A stretch of DNA of 64,000 nucleotides, from positions 26,552 to 90,551 of the forward strand of contig DATEHU010000059.1 of NCBI GenBank assembly GCA_035279405.1. The letters run 5' to 3'. The DNA is from Gammaproteobacteria bacterium (GTDB lineage Bacteria; Pseudomonadota; Gammaproteobacteria; Natronospirales; REEB76). The translations under genes and the position numbers were made by a program. Of this stretch, positions 48,077 to 57,588 are shown one piece after another. Under the pieces are notes generated by a model that was not told the DNA's origin, did no database searches, and saw nothing but the letters and a program-made list of their open reading frames with translations. Numbering within the stretch: the stretch's first letter is position 1; every line of letters starts with the position of its first letter.

Positions 48077-48826
48077 TTACGGTTTGCGCGTCCGGCGCAC
48101 GGGCAACCACGGCTTGAGTGCACGCTCGGCCAGCACGGGCCAGTGGCGGTTGGCGGCCGGACTTGCGGGACTCGGATGCGGCAAATAGGCGAGCGGCAAC
48201 CGTTCCCCCAGCAGCAGCTGCGCACGTTGTTCCGCGTATCGTCCGATGCCGATGACCGCCACGGGTTCCAGCAACTGCACTACCCGCGCCAGGGCACGGT
48301 CGCACACGGCCGTGAGCGCCCGCGCTTCACGCCGGTTCAGATGCTGGGGCGTGAGATTGTGATTTGCATGCAGAAACAACAACGGGCAGTAATTCCACAC
48401 GAAGAAGCGCTCGAAGAACTGCTCGGGTGCACCGAAACGGCGCTGCGCCCACCCCCACAAGCGCGAGCCGCTGCCCTCGTAGCGGTGACAGGCCATCCCG
48501 AGTATCGGATATTTGGGATGCTGTGCGGGCAAGGTGCGCGCGAGCCGGGTCTCAATCCTGAACCAGGTGCGCACCATCACGGGGTCGCCAAACGGCACGC
48601 CGGTCTGCGCCATGCCCCAGGGTCCGGGGTTTATCCCGAGCAGCAGTACGCGCCCGCAGCGGCCGCCAAAACGTTCCAGATACTCACGCTGCCCGCTCCA
48701 GGCGTAGCGCAGCGGGTTGTAGACGTGGCTCGGCGTGCTCCACTTGAGCGCCTCCGCTTCGCGCCTCAGCCGGCGTACGGTATTCAGTAACGCGGGCCGC
48801 GCTGCCACAGTTCTGTGCGTTGACAT
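48077..48826 (-). CDS. Uracil-DNA glycosylase family 3 (SMUG1-like)
   Basis: LLLGINPGPWGMAQTGVPFGDP matches the SMUG1 motif GMNPGPxGMAQTGVPFG as I recall it, and the C-terminal HPSPAS matches the HPSPxx motif. ATG at 48826; GTG 48847 is an alternative. Confidence 0.75.
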   Translation of the reverse strand: MSTHRTVAARPALLNTVRRLRREAEALKWSTPSHVYNPLRYAWSGQREYLERFGGRCGRVLLLGINPGPWGMAQTGVPFGDPVMVRTWFRIETRLARTLPAQHPKYPILGMACHRYEGSGSRLWGWAQRRFGAPEQFFERFFVWNYCPLLFLHANHNLTPQHLNRREARALTAVCDRALARVVQLLEPVAVIGIGRYAEQRAQLLLGERLPLAYLPHPSPASPAANRHWPVLAERALKPWLPVRRTRKP

Positions 48827-48897
48827 TCGATTGTTGTTCCCGATCACCTGGATGCACGCCTCGCCCCGCGCAGGGGGCGAAGCCCAGATGCACGTCT

Positions 48898-50121
48898 TCA
48901 GGCCGCCACCATGCCGGCACGCTGCGCGCAGCGTTGCGCAAGGTCGGCGAGCACATTCATGTAGTTGATGTAGGCTTCGTAAGGCGAATCGTAATGGCTG
49001 AAGTATTTGTGCACGTCGCCGTCTGCCCAGTACTTGGTGGACATGTAGTAAAAGTGATCGCTCGTCAGCAGCCGGCGCCAGTCTTCCAGCAGGCCCGCGT
49101 CAATCGCCGCCGCGGCGTGCACCTTCGATTCCAAGTCATACACGGCACGCTGCGCAGCACGCTGAATGCGGTTGCCGGTCCAAGCCGACGTATCGCGCTC
49201 GAGATCCGCCCACGACCCCGGGTCGGGGAGCGCCACGGCCGCAGCGCCCGGAGGTACGCGCTCCAGTGCCTCGCTCGGCGTCACAAACCGCAACCCGCGC
49301 CGCGCCAACACCGCCCCCGGCAGCGCGCGCATGAAATCGAAGATCCCGGTGCTTTCCCATTGATGTTCGCCGAAGGTCTCGTAGTCCATGAACAACCCCA
49401 GCAGGCGCTCGCCGCTTCCGTAGGCCGCCGTGTTCTCCAGCCACTGCACATAGCGCTCCGCCGTGAGCGGCCACTCGCGCCAGCCGCGGTTTGAAAACCG
49501 GAACGCAATATCGTCGCTCAAGCGGTAATGGCGCGCCAACGCCAACAGCGTGGGTGCCGCGGAATACCGGCAGGGGTGCAGGACATCGGATTCGCGCAGT
49601 ACGCGATCCGCGCCTTCCATGCACATTCCAGCATAACCGAGCGCGGCGACCTGCCGGGCAATGGCATCGCTGACGATGAGCTCGGTGTTGCGGAATATCC
49701 TGCCGGGTACGCCGAGCAGCCGTTGACAGACACCCCGGTGCAGCGCGATCTGCGCCTTGAATTCCTGCGGACTGTAAAGCCCTGCGAGGCTGTGATGTGA
49801 TGTCTCGGACAGCAGTTCGGCCGCGCCGGTCGCCGCCAGCCGGCGGAAAGATGCCAGGGCATCCGGTGCATACGCCTGCATCTGCTGCAGCGCCGTCGCG
49901 GTAATCGAAAAGCTCACGCGGAAATCCGGCTGATAACGGCGGATCAGCTCTTCGAGCAGCGCGTTCATCGGCAGATAACACTTGTCCGCCACGCGCCGCA
50001 TGATGCGGCTGTTGACCGCCGCGTCGAAGTAATCATGCTGATGGCCCACTTCCGCGTAACGGTAGGTGCGCAAGCGCCAGGGTTGATGTACCTGAAAGTA
50101 AAAGCACAGATTGAGCGACAT
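48898..50121 (-). CDS. Glycoside hydrolase family 57 protein (short, alpha-amylase-like)
   Basis: Start at ATG 50121 with GAGGAG upstream: MSLNLCFYFQVHQPWRLR. Also FRNTELIVSD and MDYETFGEH. The 594-aa track ORF N-extension overlaps the GT4 gene and was rejected. Confidence 0.85.
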   Translation of the reverse strand: MSLNLCFYFQVHQPWRLRTYRYAEVGHQHDYFDAAVNSRIMRRVADKCYLPMNALLEELIRRYQPDFRVSFSITATALQQMQAYAPDALASFRRLAATGAAELLSETSHHSLAGLYSPQEFKAQIALHRGVCQRLLGVPGRIFRNTELIVSDAIARQVAALGYAGMCMEGADRVLRESDVLHPCRYSAAPTLLALARHYRLSDDIAFRFSNRGWREWPLTAERYVQWLENTAAYGSGERLLGLFMDYETFGEHQWESTGIFDFMRALPGAVLARRGLRFVTPSEALERVPPGAAAVALPDPGSWADLERDTSAWTGNRIQRAAQRAVYDLESKVHAAAAIDAGLLEDWRRLLTSDHFYYMSTKYWADGDVHKYFSHYDSPYEAYINYMNVLADLAQRCAQRAGMVAA

Positions 50122-50132
50122 TGAATGACTCC

Positions 50133-51476
50133 TCAGGCGGCGGCCGCCGGCAGCGGCAGGCCGCACACGCGTGTGTAGGTTTGCAGAACCTTGCGCGCCG
50201 AGGATTCCCACGACAGTTGCGCCAGTTGCTCGCGCCCCGATTCCACCAGTTGCTGGCCGAGCACCGGCAGGCGCAGCAGCGCGAGAATCTGGTCGGCAAG
50301 CTTCTCGTGATCCCAGAAATCCACCTGCAGGCTGTGGCCGAGCACCTCGCGCACGCCGGATTGTTTGGACAGAATCACCGGTGTGCCGTTGCGCAGCGCT
50401 TCGAGCGCCACCAGTCCGAAGGGCTCGGACACGCTGGACATGACCAGTACCCGTGAGCGCGCCAGCAGCCGATCCACGGCGGCCGGTTGCAGAAAACCGC
50501 GGAATTCGACGCGCCGCGCAATACCCAGAGAACGCGCAAGCGCATGCAGCCCGTCGGACATGTCGCCGCTGCCGCACACCAAAAAGCGCGCTTCGCGATT
50601 GAACTCGGCGACGCGCGCTGCAGCACGCAAAAAATGATCCGGACCTTTCTGAAACGTCAGCCGGCCAAGAAACACCACCCACGGTACACGCCCGGGGCCG
50701 GCCGGGCTTTCATCCAGAGCATCCGCGGGCTCATCCGGCGCGTTGTACACCACGGTGATCTTCCTGCGGGGCACGCCATAACGGCTGACCAGTACGTTCG
50801 CGGTATAGCGGCTGACGGCAAACACGTGCGTGGCGCGCGCGCACGCCTGCTGTTCGATGCCGGCGATATATGGATTGACAGCCTCGCCGCTGCGGTCATA
50901 TTCGGTGGAATGCACGTGCAGAAACACCGGCAAACGGAGCGGCGCGGCTGCGGCGAAGGCCGCCGGGAAACTCATCCAGTCGTTGGCATGCACCACGTCG
51001 GCTTCGATACCAGGAGCAAGGCGTGCGACCCGTATGGCAAAACGTGCGACCTGCCGTCCGAGATCGTGACTGTAAAGCTGCACGGCGGGATCACCGGGGT
51101 CACCGGCATCAACCGGGTCACGCGCATCGTCTGCCGTCCGGGTCGCTGGTACCCGTATTCCGATGGGTCGCTGATACGGGTACAAACGTGCGGGCACAGC
51201 CAGAAATTTCAAGCCGGGTATGGCCTTTTTCCGCGGCAAGGTCCACGGCGATCCGCCCCGGTGTCTGCCGAGCGCCAGCCACGCGCTTACGCCGCCCACC
51301 GTCAGAAACGATGCTTCCTGGCTCAGCGGGTAGCGCGGCAGCACGAACCGGACCTCTGCGCCGCACTCCGCCAGGCCACGCGCCAGCCCCTGGCTTGCCT
51401 TGCCCAAACCACCCGCAAATAGCGGCGGGTATTCCCAGCCGAGCATCAGGACCCGTGGACGTCTTGTACCAAGCAC
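50133..51476 (-). CDS. Glycosyltransferase family 4 (glycogen-synthase-like, GT-B)
   Basis: Start at GTG 51476 (AAGGAG 5 nt upstream): M-LGTRRPRVLMLGWEYPPLFAGGLGKASQGLARGL. C-terminal motif SVSEPFGLVALEALRNGTPVI (E-x7-E). Confidence 0.85.
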   Translation of the reverse strand: MLGTRRPRVLMLGWEYPPLFAGGLGKASQGLARGLAECGAEVRFVLPRYPLSQEASFLTVGGVSAWLALGRHRGGSPWTLPRKKAIPGLKFLAVPARLYPYQRPIGIRVPATRTADDARDPVDAGDPGDPAVQLYSHDLGRQVARFAIRVARLAPGIEADVVHANDWMSFPAAFAAAAPLRLPVFLHVHSTEYDRSGEAVNPYIAGIEQQACARATHVFAVSRYTANVLVSRYGVPRRKITVVYNAPDEPADALDESPAGPGRVPWVVFLGRLTFQKGPDHFLRAAARVAEFNREARFLVCGSGDMSDGLHALARSLGIARRVEFRGFLQPAAVDRLLARSRVLVMSSVSEPFGLVALEALRNGTPVILSKQSGVREVLGHSLQVDFWDHEKLADQILALLRLPVLGQQLVESGREQLAQLSWESSARKVLQTYTRVCGLPLPAAAA

Positions 51477-51649
51477 ACATTCTCCTTGAAAAGCATTACA
51501 TTCCAGGCGCCGGACTGTGCACAAATCACAGCCAACAGAACACCTGCCGCGATGCCGTGGTGAGCCCAACACACCAAGCATCGGCGGGCATCCCTTCGTC
51601 CTGATCACAAACGCAGCCGATGCGGTGCGACGGTATCGGCAACCTATGA

Positions 51650-52399
51650 TTAGGCAGTCGTCACAGACTCAAGCCGCGATGCCGCGGCGTCATCAAACCA
51701 CCAGACCAGTTGTCCGGTTATCGGGGTAAGGTATTGCGCCGGCAGCACTTCCGGCTCGAACCGCCCTTCCAGTACCCGCTGCGCAATGTCGGCCTTGCCC
51801 GCTCCGCGGGCAAGTACCCAGACCTGGGCCGCATTGTTCAGGATGGGTCGCGTGAAGGTGAGCCGCCATTCTCCCGGCGCCTCTATATATTGGGGCACAA
51901 CCACGTTCCACAATGCCCGCAAGGCGCCGGTACCGGGAAACAGCGATGCGGTGTGGCCATTCTCGCCCAGCCCGAGCAAAATCAAATCGAAGCGCGGCAC
52001 GCCCGCCGTCCGAAACACGGACGCGAGCTCCTGCCGGTAACGCAAGGCCGCGAGCGCCGGGTCATCCTCGCCGCGCATGCGGTGCAGCTGCTCCGCGGGC
52101 AGTGGTACGTGCTTGAGCAGCGCATCCGCGGCCATGCGGAAATTGCTGCGCGCGTCATCCGGCGGCACGCAGCGCTCATCTCCAAAAAACACTTCGGTGC
52201 GCGCCCAATCCACGTGGGTATTGAACTCCTTGGTGGCCAGAAGTTCATACAAGGGCTTGGGCGTGGAGCCGCCGGCAAGCGCCACGCAGAACCGGCCGTG
52301 CTGCCGGATGGCATCCGCCGCAAGCTCAACGAATTGCTGCGCGACGGCGCGGTAAAAGTCCGCGCTATCCACGACACGGCGATGCGACTCGGCCTGCAT
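51650..52399 (-). CDS. pgl: 6-phosphogluconolactonase
   Basis: Start at ATG 52399. ALAGGSTPKPLYELL, FFGDERCVPPDD, LLGLGENGHTASLFPG. The track ORF N-extension was rejected. Confidence 0.9.
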   Translation of the reverse strand: MQAESHRRVVDSADFYRAVAQQFVELAADAIRQHGRFCVALAGGSTPKPLYELLATKEFNTHVDWARTEVFFGDERCVPPDDARSNFRMAADALLKHVPLPAEQLHRMRGEDDPALAALRYRQELASVFRTAGVPRFDLILLGLGENGHTASLFPGTGALRALWNVVVPQYIEAPGEWRLTFTRPILNNAAQVWVLARGAGKADIAQRVLEGRFEPEVLPAQYLTPITGQLVWWFDDAAASRLESVTTA

Positions 52400-52407
52400 C
52401 ACGCCAC

Positions 52408-52770
52408 TCACAACTTGTCGTGGCCCGGTGTTGCGCGCTCGATCCGCACCTGCCAGTCGTGATGTTCCCAGCCCCGCGGTCCGATAAACCGCCGCGTGAA
52501 TTCCAGGCTCTGGCTCACGCCCAGGCGCCTGAGATCCAGCGCAGCCGCGTGCCCGCCCGCAGCGAGCGGCTGGCTGCCGAGATCCGTGACCTCCTGCCAA
52601 CCGTCGTGGCCGAAATGCAGGACGAATGGCTCGCGCGATTCCACGGACAGCCGCGCAGCCGGACTTACCCGCTCGCAAGGAGCCTCGTCGCGCCAATGCA
52701 CCACAGGCGCTGGCTCAACAGTTGCCTTGCGCCGGGCCGGAGATTTTCGATTCGCTGAAGTCGTACTCAT
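52408..52770 (-). CDS. Small protein paralogous to the C-terminal domain of the adjacent GH15 glucoamylase
   Basis: 120-aa ORF with ATG 52770 preceded by GAGGAGG. VVHWRDEAPC...EPFVLHFGHDGWQE...LEFTRRFIGPRGWEHHDWQVRI aligns with the GH15 C-terminus VVHWRDDSPC...DPFELHYGHDAWQD...IEFTRRFFGPRGWEQQNWQVHI. Confidence 0.75.
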   Translation of the reverse strand: MSTTSANRKSPARRKATVEPAPVVHWRDEAPCERVSPAARLSVESREPFVLHFGHDGWQEVTDLGSQPLAAGGHAAALDLRRLGVSQSLEFTRRFIGPRGWEHHDWQVRIERATPGHDKL

Positions 52771-52782
52771 GTCGCGTCCTCC

Positions 52783-55089
52783 TCATGCCTTGCTCGTAGA
52801 GCCAATGTGTACCTGCCAGTTCTGCTGTTCCCAGCCGCGCGGTCCGAAAAAGCGGCGCGTAAATTCAATGCTCTGCCTGGCGGCGAGGCTCTTGGGATCG
52901 AGCAGCACCGCGTGCATGCCGAACGCCAGCGGCGTGCTCGGCACATCCGCCGCGTCCTGCCAGGCGTCGTGTCCGTAATGTAGCTCGAAGGGATCGCGCG
53001 CCTCAATGGAAATTCGTGTGCCTGTGGCCAGCTCCAAGCACGGCGAATCATCCCGCCAGTGCACCACAGACGGGCGCGGCGCGTGACGATAACGCTCCGC
53101 CACCGCCTGCAGGCGTTCGATGGGCGCACCGCGCTTCGCAGCCAGCGCGAGCTTCAGGAACTCCGCGTGCGCCCACACCAGCGGCATGGCGCTGCCACTC
53201 GGCCGGCCGGGCGTGAGAAACCGTTCGGGAATGGGCGCGGTATCCCAGACCTGTTCGGGAATCATGCCGCCTGCGCTCGCCGCGCCGAGCATGGATTTGA
53301 GATACGGCAACGGGTCTTCGCCGGCATCCAGCGCGTAATGGCCGCGTTCGCCGCTCAGCAGCGGCCAGGCACGGCCGATGCCGCTGCCGTCAAACGGCCG
53401 GCCGTCCGCGTGCTCGCCGTAACCGTCTTCGTTGTAACGGTGGTAGAAAATCCCGGTGGGCGTGGTCACGCGCAGCAGAGCGTCCACGAGCTTCAGCGTG
53501 TCACGAATGCGCCGGTCGTCGGGCGCGCGCAAGCCGAGCCGCACCAGATACAGAAACTCCATGCCCAGCAAATCCCGCGCCCGCAAGCTCTCGCCGGCGC
53601 GGTTCTTGAGGACGACGCGGCCGCGCTCCGCAGTTTCGCAGGGCGGCGTGATGCGCACATAATGGCCGCGCGTGCCGTGCTCGTGATCGAGGTCGGTATC
53701 CTCGGCGTATACCCAGCTCTCCACGCGCGCGTTCCAATCGTCGGCCAGCGACAACGCGTAATCCTGTTCGGCGGCATCCAGGAATCGGTGCGCGGAGCCC
53801 GCCACCAGCGCAGCAATCGCGGCCGCAAGCGTGAAGGGGTTGGCGCCTGCGTTTTCTTCCCAGCGGTCCTGCGGACTGAAGGGACCGGTCGCAGCGACGA
53901 AGCTGAGCGCCGCGCGCACCATGCGCAAGGCCTCGGGACGCATCTCACCCAGTTCGCCTACTTCGTCCAGCTTGGCCGCCAGCAGCACCGGCAACGCGGC
54001 TTCATCGAGTTGAATGCCGGTCCAGAACGGCCGGCCGTCGCCGAAATTGTTCTGCAGCCAGTGGCCGTCCGGCTGCTGCGTGGCAATCAGGTAGGCGAGC
54101 ATGGCGCGCGCTTCCTGGTGCTGCCCGCAGGCGAGAAACGCAAACCCCGCCTCCACGGCGTCGCGCGGCCACACCAGATGATAGCCGCCGGGGTCGTCAC
54201 GACTTGCGCCCCAGGGTGTGCTCAGGCTCGCGACCACGGCGCCCTGATAAGTGCGATCGCCGTGCACCTTGAGCACCATCGCCGAGCGGCGCGCTTCGCG
54301 CGATAACGCCGGCGTCAGGGACGGCGTCTTGAGGCCGCGTGCCCAACGCCGCCAGCCGGCGATGAACCGGCTGCGCGCCACCTTGTAGCCGGAAGCCAGC
54401 GCGGATTGTGCGAGCGTGTGCGCACCCTCTGGCGTCTTGGCAAATGCGAGCGCCAGCGTGCCGCTGGTCGCGGTCAGTTCACCGGTGAGCGCCACGTTGC
54501 CGGCACCCGCGGAAGCGTACTGCCAGGTCATCGCAGAGTGTTGATGGAAATCCTGCCAGCCGTCGGACGCACCGACATAGCCGGCGCTGCCGCGCGTGAT
54601 GCCGCCATCCGCCATAAGCGCGAGTGCCGTCTCCCCGTGCGCGGCCATGAGCGCCTGCGGCGCGACCCAGGCCGTGTTGTCGTGGCCGGAACTGCCAAGA
54701 TGCGGCGCGAGCAACACGAACAGTTTCAGGCCTGCGCCCTGCAGGCGGTAATGGATCAGCGCTGTATCACGCAGCGGATCGGTCAGAAACTCGAGTTGCA
54801 ACTTGTAACGCGGGTGTTCATGCAGCACGCGCGGCAGCGGTATCTCGGGCATGGGCGTACTCAGCCGGTAGCGATGTTCGCGCTTGACCTCGGCCCAGAA
54901 GTCCTCGCCCGCGACGATGAAGCCCAGATCCCGGATCTGCGGCAGGCTGCATGTCGGCCAGAACACTTCATTCAAAATGCCGTAACCGACCGTGAACCAC
55001 ACGCGGCTCGATCCCAACGCGGTGCCGACCAAGTCCTTGGCGCTGCTCGCCCAAGTGGGCGCATTGCCGGGCTGGCCCGGAGCGTTCAT
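52783..55089 (-). CDS. Glucoamylase / glucan 1,4-alpha-glucosidase (GH15) with extra C-terminal domain
   Basis: Start at ATG 55089, overlapping the zwf stop (ATGA). APTWASSAKD...GYGILNEVFWP is the N-domain. HLVWPRDAVEAGFA and EQVWD lie in the (alpha/alpha)6 catalytic domain. An ~100-aa C-terminal domain is duplicated in the next gene. Confidence 0.88.
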   Translation of the reverse strand: MNAPGQPGNAPTWASSAKDLVGTALGSSRVWFTVGYGILNEVFWPTCSLPQIRDLGFIVAGEDFWAEVKREHRYRLSTPMPEIPLPRVLHEHPRYKLQLEFLTDPLRDTALIHYRLQGAGLKLFVLLAPHLGSSGHDNTAWVAPQALMAAHGETALALMADGGITRGSAGYVGASDGWQDFHQHSAMTWQYASAGAGNVALTGELTATSGTLALAFAKTPEGAHTLAQSALASGYKVARSRFIAGWRRWARGLKTPSLTPALSREARRSAMVLKVHGDRTYQGAVVASLSTPWGASRDDPGGYHLVWPRDAVEAGFAFLACGQHQEARAMLAYLIATQQPDGHWLQNNFGDGRPFWTGIQLDEAALPVLLAAKLDEVGELGEMRPEALRMVRAALSFVAATGPFSPQDRWEENAGANPFTLAAAIAALVAGSAHRFLDAAEQDYALSLADDWNARVESWVYAEDTDLDHEHGTRGHYVRITPPCETAERGRVVLKNRAGESLRARDLLGMEFLYLVRLGLRAPDDRRIRDTLKLVDALLRVTTPTGIFYHRYNEDGYGEHADGRPFDGSGIGRAWPLLSGERGHYALDAGEDPLPYLKSMLGAASAGGMIPEQVWDTAPIPERFLTPGRPSGSAMPLVWAHAEFLKLALAAKRGAPIERLQAVAERYRHAPRPSVVHWRDDSPCLELATGTRISIEARDPFELHYGHDAWQDAADVPSTPLAFGMHAVLLDPKSLAARQSIEFTRRFFGPRGWEQQNWQVHIGSTSKA

Positions 55090-56528
55090 GGCAGGTCGCC
55101 CGCAGAAACTTTCACCGGGCGCCAGCGGTGCCCCGGTGCGAGCAGCCGGTTCTGCGAGGCCGGCCCCTCGGAACCCGACGCGTACGGCTCCGGTTCCCCG
55201 TGTTGCCAAGCGCGCAACACCGGATCCAGCAGGCGCCAGGCCCACTCGACCTCGTCGAAGCGCAGGAAATGCGAGCGGTCACCCTCGAGCGCGTCCATGA
55301 GCAACTGCTCATAAGCGGAGAATTCCTTGTCCGGATCATGCGCATAGGGCGCGGTGAGCACCACGTTGTGCGTCGCCAGTTTGGCGCCCGGCAACTTGGC
55401 GGTCGCCACCAGGTTCAGGCTTTCCTGCGGCTTGAGGCGGAACACCATCCAGTTGTTGGCGATAGTGTTGGCGCCCGGCAGCACGTCCGGCACCTGCTTG
55501 AACTCGACGGCGATCTCCCAGCGATTGCTCGCCATGCGTTTGCCGCTGCGTAGATAGAAGGGCACGCCGCGCCAGCGCCAGTTGTTGACCTCGAAACGCA
55601 AGGCGGCGAAGGTTTCGGTACGCGAGTTGCGGGGAATGCCCGGCTCCCGGCGGTAGGCGGGCACGCGCTTGCGGCCGATGCGGCCGGCCGTGTACTGGCC
55701 GCGCGCGCTGTAGCGGCGCACGCTGCCCGCGGTGAACGGCACCACGGCGCGCAGCACCTCGACCTTGTGATCGCGCAGCACGTCGGCATCCCAACTCGCG
55801 GGTGGCTCCATGGCGGTGAGACAGAAGAGCTGCATCAGGTGATTCTGCAGCATGTCGCGCAGCGCGCCCGCGTGGTCGTAGTAGGCGGCGCGATGCTCGA
55901 CGCCCAGCATTTCCGGGCAGTTGATCTGCACCTGGGAGATGTGCGCGCAGTTCCACAGCGGTTCGAGAAAGCGGTTCGCGAAGCGGAACACCATCAGGTT
56001 CTGCGTGGTTTCCTTGCCGAGGAAGTGGTCAATGCGCAGCACATTGTCTTCGGCCCATTGACTGTGTATCTGCTTGCGCAGCGCTTCGGCGCTGGCGAGA
56101 TCCGTACCGAAGGGTTTTTCGACTACCAGACGCCGCCAGCCCCTGGCCGTTTTTGCGAGACCCGCTTTGCCGAGCGCCACAGCCGCGGTGCCGAACAGCG
56201 GCGGCGGCAGCGCGAGATAAAACAATGCGGAGCCCTGGATGCGCCGCACCAAGGGGTCCATCTGCTTGGCATCGAGACCGCCGCTGATGTAATCCAGGCC
56301 GGCGGCAAACCGCCGCGCCTGCGCCGCCTGGTAATCCGGCGCGAAGGCACGCAAGGCCTTGTGGATGTGAGCGCGGAAACGCTCGCGGCTCCAGCCCTCG
56401 ATCGAGTAACCCGTGATCTTGAGGCCGCGCGCATAACCCAGGCGGTAGAGCCGGTAAAGCGCCGGCATCAGCAGGCGCTGGGTCAGATCGCCGGTGGCGC
56501 CGAGGATCACGAGGTTCGCACCCGGCAT
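55086..56528 (-). CDS. zwf: Glucose-6-phosphate dehydrogenase
   Basis: VILGATGDLTQRLLMPALY, RIDHFLGKE, and a C-terminal domain. Start at ATG 56528 with AAGGAG upstream. Confidence 0.94.
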   Translation of the reverse strand: MPGANLVILGATGDLTQRLLMPALYRLYRLGYARGLKITGYSIEGWSRERFRAHIHKALRAFAPDYQAAQARRFAAGLDYISGGLDAKQMDPLVRRIQGSALFYLALPPPLFGTAAVALGKAGLAKTARGWRRLVVEKPFGTDLASAEALRKQIHSQWAEDNVLRIDHFLGKETTQNLMVFRFANRFLEPLWNCAHISQVQINCPEMLGVEHRAAYYDHAGALRDMLQNHLMQLFCLTAMEPPASWDADVLRDHKVEVLRAVVPFTAGSVRRYSARGQYTAGRIGRKRVPAYRREPGIPRNSRTETFAALRFEVNNWRWRGVPFYLRSGKRMASNRWEIAVEFKQVPDVLPGANTIANNWMVFRLKPQESLNLVATAKLPGAKLATHNVVLTAPYAHDPDKEFSAYEQLLMDALEGDRSHFLRFDEVEWAWRLLDPVLRAWQHGEPEPYASGSEGPASQNRLLAPGHRWRPVKVSAGDLP

Positions 56529-56532
56529 GGCC

Positions 56533-57588
56533 TTACTCCTTGTCCGCCGCGGGTTTTTCATCGTGACCGCCGAACGCGTGGCGCATCGCGGACATCACCT
56601 TGCCGGCAAACTCATCGTGACCGCGCGAGGCAAAGCGCGCGAACAGCGCAGCGGTCAATACCGGCGCGGGCACGCCTTCTTCGATGGCGGCGAGCGCCGT
56701 CCAGCGGCCTTCGCCCGAATCCGACACGCGCCCGGCGTAATGCGCGAGCGTGGCATCCCGGCTCATCTCGATAGCCGTCAGATCGAGCAGCCAGGAACCG
56801 ATGACGCTGCCGCGCCGCCACACTTCCACGACATCGTCCAGCGGGAACTCGTATTGATACCGGTCGGGATGTTCGAGCGGACTGGTTTCGGCATCCGCCT
56901 CCTGAGTGCTCTTGCCGATGTTGGCTTGATGCAGGATGTTCAGGCCCTCGGCGTACGCGGCCATGAGCCCGTATTCGATGCCGTTGTGCACCATCTTGAC
57001 GAAATGGCCGGCGCCGTTCGGTCCGCAGTACAGATAGCCCTGCTCGGCCGGCGTCGGAGCGCCGCTGCGGCCCGGAGAGCGCGGCGCGGCATTTGCGCCG
57101 GGCGCCAGCGCGCGAAACGCGGGTTCGAGATGGCGGAAGGCCGCCTCAGGTCCACCGATCATCTGGCAGTAACCCCGTTCGCGTCCCCACACGCCGCCGC
57201 TCACGCCCACGTCCACGTATTGAATTTGCCGGGCCGCGAGCGACTTGGCGCGGCGCAAATCCTCGACGTAATGGGAATTGCCGCCGTCAATCACCATGTC
57301 GTCTGCGTGCAGCAGCGGCGTGAGCACATCCAGCACCTTGTCCACGACCGCGGTCGGCAGCATCAGCCACACCGCACGCGGACTCGAAAGCTTCGCAACC
57401 AGCTCCGGCAGCGAGGCAACGGTTTGCGCACCGGTTTTGGCCGCGGTGTTGCGCGCCGGCACATTGGTGTCAAACGCCACACAGCGCACACCGGCGTTCT
57501 CGAGCCGCTCCACCATGTTCAGCCCCATGCGCCCGAGACCAACGAAGCCGAGCTGCAGGGCCGCACCGGAATTTTTTTGAGCACTCAC
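56533..57588 (-). CDS. gnd: 6-phosphogluconate dehydrogenase, decarboxylating (short Gnd-like form)
   Basis: [42 protein letters not shown] 57588 (GGGAGA upstream) overlaps the upstream stop (GTGA). Confidence 0.9.
   Translation of the reverse strand: MSAQKNSGAALQLGFVGLGRMGLNMVERLENAGVRCVAFDTNVPARNTAAKTGAQTVASLPELVAKLSSPRAVWLMLPTAVVDKVLDVLTPLLHADDMVIDGGNSHYVEDLRRAKSLAARQIQYVDVGVSGGVWGRERGYCQMIGGPEAAFRHLEPAFRALAPGANAAPRSPGRSGAPTPAEQGYLYCGPNGAGHFVKMVHNGIEYGLMAAYAEGLNILHQANIGKSTQEADAETSPLEHPDRYQYEFPLDDVVEVWRRGSVIGSWLLDLTAIEMSRDATLAHYAGRVSDSGEGRWTALAAIEEGVPAPVLTAALFARFASRGHDEFAGKVMSAMRHAFGGHDEKPAADKE

Noticed and set aside
50122-50682. N-terminal 187-aa extension of the GH57 ORF (track ORF 48898-50682)
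   Set aside because: The extension overlaps the 3' end of the GT4 gene and is low-complexity. A GAGGAG-ATG at 50121 gives MSLNLCFYFQVHQPW, the expected GH57 N-terminus.
52400-52696. N-terminal extension of pgl (track ORF 51650-52696)
   Set aside because: It overlaps the well-supported 120-aa gene in another frame. The Pgl homology begins right after ATG 52399.
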